Origin: Tubiluchus corallicola
Taxonomy: Eukaryota > Animalia > Priapulida
Direction of reading: 5' to 3'
Length of the DNA stretch: 7,154 nucleotides
Assembly: GCA_030141605.1 (NCBI GenBank)
Contig: JAQGDQ010002238.1
Location: 1-7,154 of the forward strand
The notes beneath the pieces were generated by a model. The model ran no database searches. It was not told where the DNA came from and saw only the letters and a program-made list of their open reading frames with translations. The translations under genes and the position numbers were made by a program. Shown one piece after another: positions 1-7,154 of the stretch (within the stretch, counting starts at the first letter, position 1; each line of letters begins with the position of its first letter).

Positions 1-150
1 GAGACAGGGAAAGGAGAGAAAGAGCGACAGAAAGAGTAGGGGAGGAAGAGAAAAGAGAGAGAAAGAGGAACAGGTAAGCGGAGAGAGACAGAACAGAAGA
101 AAAGAAATAACAAGTACGGCAGCAATGATAGAAGAGTGAAGGGCAGAGAT
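1..150. repeat. Purine-rich (GA-rich) low-complexity tract, probably truncated by the window start
   Basis: The + strand is almost all G and A (GAGA/GAAA/GGAA motifs) with no fixed period; right boundary approximate. Confidence 0.75.
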
Positions 151-731
151 TTTAACTTTCTTTTACAATATGGTGGCGCCCCCTACAACGCAAATATCGC
201 TACCAAGGTTAAAGAATCGGGCTTTAACAACACAAAGTTGAATATTTGAGCGGAAATGGAAATCTGTACATCGATCACCTCGTTCAACATGATTTGTTTG
301 TTCGCTCTCTCCCGGTGGTTTCAGTAGTGGGTAAATACGCCATTCATTCTGTTTGATCAATTGATTTAGCCATCAAAGCGGGTCCCAATAATAGAGATTA
401 AACCAGTAATAATGGCACATCAACTAGGGGGGATTAAGGACATAAGCTATTAACAATTCTCAGCAGCTAGACCATGGACAAACCACAGATCAAGGACAAC
501 GATGCAAACTTAATCTCACCATGAAAGTGACACAGTAACAGCAGTAGTCGCTGGTCAGCTGAGCTCCAGCCCCCACAGCTGACCACAAGTGACCAGTAGG
601 TTCAAGTTTCATGGTTTGCCTCGTGTAAAGTAATTGAATGACCTGATGCGTAACACGAATGACAACTCCTAAGTTTATTGTAACTGCTAAGTCATAATAG
701 GGCTACATGAACAATGTTAATTGCAAACTGT

Positions 732-801
732 GAAGAGGAGAAAAAGCGGGAAAAAGGAATGTGAAAAACAGAGAAAAGAGAGAGAGAGTGACAGGGGAAA
801 G
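732..801. repeat. Second short GA-rich low-complexity tract
   Basis: gaagaggagaaaaagcgggaaaaaggaatgtgaaaaacagagaaaagagagagagagtgacaggggaaag, including a short (AG)n run. Confidence 0.6.
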
Positions 802-871
802 CAGATATTTATCAACATATCTTAATCCAGTTACCTTAATTTGTGTACGCGCAGGCCTAATATTATGACTA

Positions 872-1340
<469 letters not shown>

Positions 1341-2070
1341 AGAGTATATATACAACGCGGTCAATTTTAATTCTATCCTTAATACATGTACCACAAACTT
1401 GCTTATAAAACATCTTAGCAATTGTTTATAATAATTAAGATCCATAATAACAGAATTCATTCGCTGGGATTATTTAGATTACACTATTGGGAAAGTATTA
1501 AAAATGGCAAACTTTTCTGTATACAAGCTTTGCTTACAAATATATAAGAACAAGATATAAGAAAGAAATATATTAAACTTTCGCTAAACCTTACGATAAA
1601 ACCACGATAAACGATAAAACGAGTTATACATATACGTACATAAATATATATACAATTATTACATAAAATTTATACGTCTCTGAGATAGTACCAAATGCAC
1701 AATTAAAATCTAAACTCATAAATTCATCACCAATTTCACAGGTTTGCAATAACTTACTATTATTAATTAGCAGTAATCATATTAATATGGGCCAAAAGTT
1801 GTCCCATTTATCATCAGTTTTTTATAATGTATAGCCAAGTACTATGCAACCAGTCATGATCGAAGTTAAGGACCCCCAAAAGCTATAATATAAAAGTGTG
1901 TTACGCCTATAAGAATTTGTCCTAATGCCTTTTCGGTGTGTCCCAGAAATGGGCTCGCACAGGTAACAAACTATCATGTAGCAAAGTCCATCATAGAAAA
2001 ACATAATCTAGAGATGTATAAGGAATGAAAAATTACATTTAGAATTTGTTCCCCAAAATGGCACCGATAC

Positions 2071-2313
2071 CTGCTCTGGTTCATGAATTATTAGGGCTAG
2101 GATTCTTCTTCAATGCAGCGACTGAAGATTCTTCGTGCATTCACAACGACGGGAAGTTGACAATGCATTTTCATTGCCTTCCTTCCATTGTCAGAATCCA
2201 TTATTCCCAGCGTCTTTCTCTTCTAAGTCTTCATTGACCTTGGACGACAAAGGAAATAGTTAGGACCTATTAGTCTCAGTAAAATCAGAACTTTGATTGA
2301 GCTCTAAGCTTAC
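2071..2313 (-). other. Candidate short spliceosomal intron (2313-2239) followed by a non-coding or 5'UTR exon (2238-2071)
   Basis: The minus strand reads CTAA|GTAAGC...ACTAAT..CCTAAC-TATTTCCTTTGTCGTCCAAG|GTC, i.e. donor, branch-point-like motifs, pyrimidine-rich tract and AG. A downstream donor GAGCAG|GTATCG lies at 2071/2070. The 168-nt exon has stops in all three frames. Motif evidence only. Confidence 0.3.
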
Positions 2314-2319
2314 TTAGCT

Positions 2320-2640
2320 GCTCGTCCCTGGATTTTTACAAAATGCTGACTGCTGGAATACATTATCTGACGAGAATCACTCGTAAACAAAGGCAGGAAA
2401 CTTCGCTGAACTGCTCCGCGTCGGGCAAGGTCAAGCGGATTAATTTTACGCAAGAAAAGTAGATCGGCGCGTCAACTTTCGCTTTCAGAAATTCCGAAAT
2501 GGAAAAAAACTAGGCCACGCTGGGGGTTATTGTTTAACTGTAAAATGGACTGTGTTGTTAAACAGTGTTACCCCTGCGGGTAACAAGTTGTCACTTTCAC
2601 TTGCGAAAAAGGCTCCGGGCGACAGTGAAATTGGGACACT
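2320..2640. promoter_or_regulatory. CpG-enriched, promoter/enhancer-like segment
   Basis: About 19 CpG by eye in roughly 310 bp, versus 1 in 2640-2850. Contains an IRF-E match (2475-2486), a kB-like site (2487-2496), CAAGGTCA (2426-2433) and three short inverted repeats, and sits upstream of the candidate minus-strand splice donor. Confidence 0.3.
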
Positions 2641-2848
2641 CAGTATTAGATCAATGTTAGTACCATATAGAGCTATTAATCTGCAAAAACTATAAAGTGT
2701 AAACTCTCATAGTTATCTGTCATAAGAAAACTACAATTTACTTAGAATAAATACTATTAGCAACTAGCAAGTTGTACTAGTCATTTCTATTCTTCATGAA
2801 TTCGATTCTTTAAACTTGTTGTGCAGGATCTATGTATGAACACTTAAT

Positions 2849-3064
2849 GGCTGAGTGAGTGAGTGAGTGAGTGAGCGACTGACTGACTGACTGACTGACT
2901 GACTGACTGGCTGACTGATTGACTGACTGACTGACTGACTGACTGACTGACTGACTGACTGACTGACTGACTGACTGACTGACTGACTGACTGACTGACT
3001 GACTGACTGACTGACTGACTGACTGACTGACTGACTGGCTGATTGACTGACTGACTGACTGACT
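2849..3064. repeat. Tetranucleotide microsatellite (GAGT)n/(GACT)n
   Basis: GGCT (GAGT)5 GAGC (GACT)8 GGCT GACT GATT (GACT)29 GGCT GATT (GACT)5. Accounts for the SQSV/THSL ORFs on the minus strand. Confidence 0.99.
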
Positions 3065-3181
<117 letters not shown>

Positions 3182-3722
3182 ACATGACAAATAAAAAACA
3201 AATAGGTGACAGATTGATTCAATAAATGTGTGAAAGTGGAATCCACCGACCATCTAGCCCATGTCGACATCATCAACATACTGCTGTGCCTTGTAAGATT
3301 ACCAACACATAAAATTCTTTGCACAAATTATAAAATGTGACCAAATTTTGGAACCCCATTTCACATTCTGACCTTGTGAGACGCTTCCTTTGCTATGCTG
3401 CGCACATCTGCGCACATCTTGTCTCATCTTTTCATCTACGCATAAAACCTGTCTCAAGTGCACTACGTGGAATTTGATGTATTTAATGATAACCTTGGAA
3501 CATTTTTTAAAAATCTCTACAGGCTTTGATGCTTTTACCCTGTTTCAAATGTTATAACACTGTTTCGTTCGCATAAAATACAATTCATCAAAAATATCGT
3601 AGCCCAAACGGAAGCCCAAAGATTCACCAAATTGGGAACCCATGTTGTTCAAAGTTTGTGCCTGCTCAAAAAAAAGTTTCCACAAAGTATACAATATATA
3701 GAGGAGGACCTTAACATGGTAC

Positions 3723-3959
3723 CAGGGCCTATTTCAGCCTAAGCGAGGCCCGGGAAGTGGGGTGTGTGAGGCCTCCTTGGGGAGGGGCGCCAACCATGGT
3801 TGGCGCCCAGAAAATTTTTGAACTGCCAGAACGCCGGAGAAGCATTTTCGAAGATGGAGTTATACAGTATGTTCGCATAAAGCAAAAAAAATGGAGGCCC
3901 CCTGGAGGGTGAGGCCCCGGGGAAGTATCCCCACTCCCCCCCCCTTGAAATAGGCCCTG
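3723..3959. mobile_element. Non-autonomous hAT-superfamily DNA transposon (MITE), 237 bp
   Basis: Perfect 14-bp TIRs CAGGGCCTATTTCA (3723-3736) and TGAAATAGGCCCTG (3946-3959), with an exact 8-bp TSD CATGGTAC (3715-3722 and 3960-3967). GC-rich relative to the flanks and has no transposase ORF. An 8-bp TSD with short CAG-starting TIRs is typical of hAT; P and Merlin elements also make about 8-bp TSDs but fit less well. Confidence 0.92.
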
Positions 3960-4141
3960 CATGGTACATACCGTATTCTGTCATCTGGTTCTATGAGAAA
4001 AGACATAAGAGAAATTACATAGCAAGCAAAGTCTGGTGTCAGAAAAATCAGAGATCTTAAAAAAAACATTACAACTGAATAGTAGATTCGTCAATCATAG
4101 GTTAACATTTTAACGGATTTAACTGTAAAACATTAGCTTAA

Positions 4142-4663
4142 GGGAAAGAACAAGTCACGTAGTATGTTGAGTTTATTGTACTGCATTTGTTAGCACTTAA
4201 ATTATAACAAAGAAATTTGCAAAACAAACTTTCTATAAAGCTTAAATCTAAAATATGCTGCCTCTGAATAGAAATTTTCAGGCAGGATTGGTGGCCGACA
4301 TTCGTTTGAAAATTATGACGTAACTGGGGGACTTCGTGACTTTTCGTAAGCGCATCGTAGCTTTCCTCCTTAAATTAATTCAAATGTCTGCAGCTTACCT
4401 AACGTTGAAGATTGACAGTACGCTACCTTTCTTCTGGACGAATGACGTCACTGGAAGAAGAATGGGCTTTCAATGTGGGAGCAGCGCCCAAGCATGAGAT
4501 GATCCAGACTTTAAAGTTATTTTACTAATTACACGAGGTGCACATTGCAGTTTTATTACTAAATCCGCTAAGTGTTTTTTCTAATTAAATGTTAGAAAAA
4601 AATTCTAACATTTTTTGCGAAAATAGAAATAAGTCTACCTTCCTAGAAGGCTTGGCCTTCCCT
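4142..4663. mobile_element. Probable Kolobok-like non-autonomous DNA transposon, 522 bp, with imperfect termini
   Basis: TTAA on both sides (4138-4141, 4664-4667). Left end GGGAAAGAACAAG versus reverse complement of the right end AGGGAAGGCCAAG matches 9/13; the ungapped match is 25/40 including the TTAA and ends in a shared TTATT. Purine-starting termini with a TTAA TSD fit Kolobok rather than piggyBac, whose termini start CC. Confidence 0.55.
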
Positions 4664-4771
4664 TTAAAATATAATAGAAGCGAGATCGTTTTCATGTCTG
4701 GAAGATTCTAAAAACGCGATTTGATTGCTAACATTTTGTAGGACAAAACAAAACAGTCGGTAGAAAAGACA

Positions 4772-7154
4772 ACCTAAGAAACTTGGTAGACTCTTCTCTC
4801 GCTTGATTACACATTAGTATTGCCACCTAAGAAACTTGGTAGACTCTTCTCTCGCTTGATTACACATTAGTGTTGCCACCTAAGAAACTTGGTAGACTCT
4901 TCTCTCGCTTGATTACACATTAGTGTTGCCACCTAAGAAACTTGGTAGACTCTTCTCTCGCTTGATTACACATTAGTGTTGCCACCTAAGAAAGTTGGTA
5001 CACACTTCTCTCGCTTGATTACACATTAGTGTTGCCACCTAAGAAAGTTGGTAGACTCTTCTCTCGCTTGATTACACATTAGTGTTGCCACCTAAGAAAG
5101 TTGGTAGACTCTTCTCTCGCTTGATTACACATTAGTGTTGCCACCTAAGAAAGTTGGTAGACTCTTCTCTCGCTTGATTACACATTAGTGTTGCCACCTA
5201 AGAAACTTGGTAGACTCTTCTCTTGCTTGATTACACATTAGTGTTGCCACCTAAGAAACTTGGTAGACTCTTCTCTCGCTTGATTACACATTAGTGTTGC
5301 CACCTAAGAAAGTTGGTAGACTCTTCTCTTGCTTGATTACACATTAGTGTTGCCACCTAAGAAAGTTGGTAGGCTCTTCTCTCGCTTGATTACACATTAG
5401 TGTTGCCACCTAAGAAAGTTGGTAGGCTCTTCTCTCGCTTGATTACACATTAGTGTTCCACCAAGAAACTTGTAGATCTTCTCTCGCTTGATTACACATT
5501 AGTGTTGCCACCTAAGAAACTTGGTAGACTCTTCTCTTGCTTGATTACACATTAGTGTTGCCACCTAAGAAACTTGGTAGACTCTTCTCTTGCTTGATTA
5601 CACATTAGTATTGCCACCTAAGAAAGTTGATAGACTCTTCTCTCGCTTGATTACACATTAGTGTTGCCACCTAAGAAACTTGGTAGACTCTTCTCTTGCT
5701 TGATTACACATTAGTGTTGCCACCTAAGAAACTTGGTAGACTCTTCTCTCGCTTGATTACACATTAGTGTTGCCACCTAAGAAACTTGGTAGACTCTTCT
5801 CTTGCTTGATTACGCATTAGTGTTGCCACCTAAGAAACTTGGTAGACTCTTCTCTTGCTTGATTACGCATTAGTGTTGCCACCTAAGAAAGTTGGTAGAC
5901 TCTTCTCTTGCTTGATTACACATTAGTGTTGCCACCTAAGAAACTTGGTAGACTCTTCTCTTGCTTGATTACACATTAGTGTTGCCACCTAAGAAACTTG
6001 GTAGACCTTTCTGCTTGATTACACATTAGTGTTGCCACCTAAAAAAAAAGAAATTGGTAGCTCTTCTCTCGCTTGATTACACATTAGTGTTGCCACCTAA
6101 GAAAGTTGGTAGACTCTTCTCTCGCTTGATTGCACATTAGTGTTGCCACCTAAGAAAGTTGGTACACTCTTCTCTCGCTTGATTGCACATTAGTGTTGCC
6201 ACCTAAGAAAGTTGGTACACTCTTCTCGCGCTTGATTGCACATTAGTGTTGCCACCTAAGAAAGTTGGTACACACTTCTCTCGCTTGATTACACATTAGT
6301 GTTGCCACCTAAGAAAGTTGGTAGACTCTTCTCTCGCTTGATTACACATTAGTGTTGCCACCTAAGAAAGTTGGTAGACTCTTCTCTCGCTTGATTACAC
6401 ATTAGTGTTGCCACCTAAGAAACTTGGTAGACTCTTCTCTCGCTTGATTACACATTAGTGTTGCCACCTAAGAAAGTTGGTAGATTCTTCTCTTGCTTGA
6501 TTGCACATTAGTGTTGCCACCTAAGAAAGTTGGTAGACTCTTCTCTCGCTTGATTGCACATTAGTGTTGCCACCTAAGAAACTTGGTAGACTCTTCTCTC
6601 GCTTGATTGCACATTAGTGTTGCCACCTAAGAAAGTTGGTACACTCTTCTCTCGCTTGATTGCACATTAGTGTTGCCACCTAAGAAAGTTGGTAGACTCT
6701 TCTCTCGCTTGATTGCACATTAGTGTTGCCACCTAAGAAAGTTGGTAGACTCTTCTCTCGCTTGATTACGCATTAGTGTTGCCACCTAAGAAAGTTGGTA
6801 GACTCTTCTCTCGCTTGATTACGCATTAGTGTTGCCACCTAAGAAAGTTGGTAGACTTCTCTCGCTTGATTGCACATTAGTGTTGCCACCTAAGAAAGTT
6901 GGTAGACTCTTCTCTCGCTTGATTACACATTAGTGTTGCCACCTAAGAAAGTTGGTAGACTCTTCTCTCGCTTGATTGCACATTAGTGTTGCCACCTAAG
7001 AAAGTTGGTAGACTCTTCTCTCGCTTGATTACACATTAGTGTTGCCACCTAAGAAAGTTGGTACACTCTTCTCTCGCTTGATTGCACATTAGTGTTGCCA
7101 CCTAAGAAAGTTGGTAGACTCTTCTCTCGCTTGATTGCACATTAGTGTTGCCAC
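4772..7154. repeat. 53-bp tandem repeat (minisatellite/satellite), 45 copies, truncated by the window end
   Basis: Consensus CCTAAGAAASTTGGTAGACTCTTCTCTYGCTTGATTRCACATTAGTGTTGCCA. Units start at 4773, 4826, 4879 ... 7101, head-to-tail with no spacers. Most units differ by only a few substitutions; indels occur in the units starting at 5409, 5461, 5988, 6038 and 6838. Confidence 0.99.

Noticed and set aside
170-190. CTCF-like motif (minus strand TTGTAGGGGGCGCCA)
   Set aside because: Only the 3' half of the consensus matches; the conserved upstream CC is missing.
3729-4069. Three short minus-strand ORFs over the MITE
   Set aside because: They are 69-81 aa, have no transposase motifs, cross the element boundary and are explained by local GC richness.
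4138-4667. piggyBac assignment for the TTAA-flanked element
   Set aside because: piggyBac termini begin with CC, whereas these begin GGG/AGG, which fits Kolobok better.
4715-4771. Degenerate ancestral satellite unit before the array (TTGATTGCtaACATT, GGTAGA)
   Set aside because: The matches are short, out of phase with the 53-bp register and in inconsistent spacing.
4772-7154. CRISPR array or spacer-bearing repeat system
   Set aside because: Units are head-to-tail with no unique spacers, variation is limited to a few recurrent SNPs, there are no cas or RT genes in the window, and the context is eukaryote-like.
4772-7154. Coding tandem repeat or tandem small-RNA gene array
   Set aside because: 53 is not a multiple of 3, the unit has stop codons on both strands and the ORF track shows nothing here. 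I see no tRNA, 5S, snRNA or spliced-leader hallmark, and only weak stems (ACAC-atta-GTGT; ACCTAAG-aaa-CTTGGT).

Overview
AT-rich, apparently non-coding eukaryotic DNA, probably an animal/invertebrate intron or intergenic region (an inference from repeat types, not a database match). No credible protein-coding gene, RNA gene or CRISPR array is present; the long ORFs in the track are translations of microsatellites. Well supported: a 469-bp (ATATAC)n/(ATACAC)n microsatellite (872-1340), a compound (GAGT)n-(GACT)n-(GAT)n microsatellite (2849-3181), an intact 237-bp hAT-type MITE with perfect 14-bp TIRs, an exact 8-bp TSD and an internal 24-bp palindrome (3723-3959), and a 53-bp tandem satellite of 45 copies running off the right edge (4772-7154). 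Less certain: an older 522-bp TTAA-flanked Kolobok-like element (4142-4663), and a CpG-enriched, promoter-like segment (about 2320-2640) next to a candidate 75-nt minus-strand intron and non-coding exon. I cannot support a new biological system from this window alone. The best leads are the two non-autonomous transposons, the regional variant structure of the satellite and the possible 5' end of a minus-strand gene.
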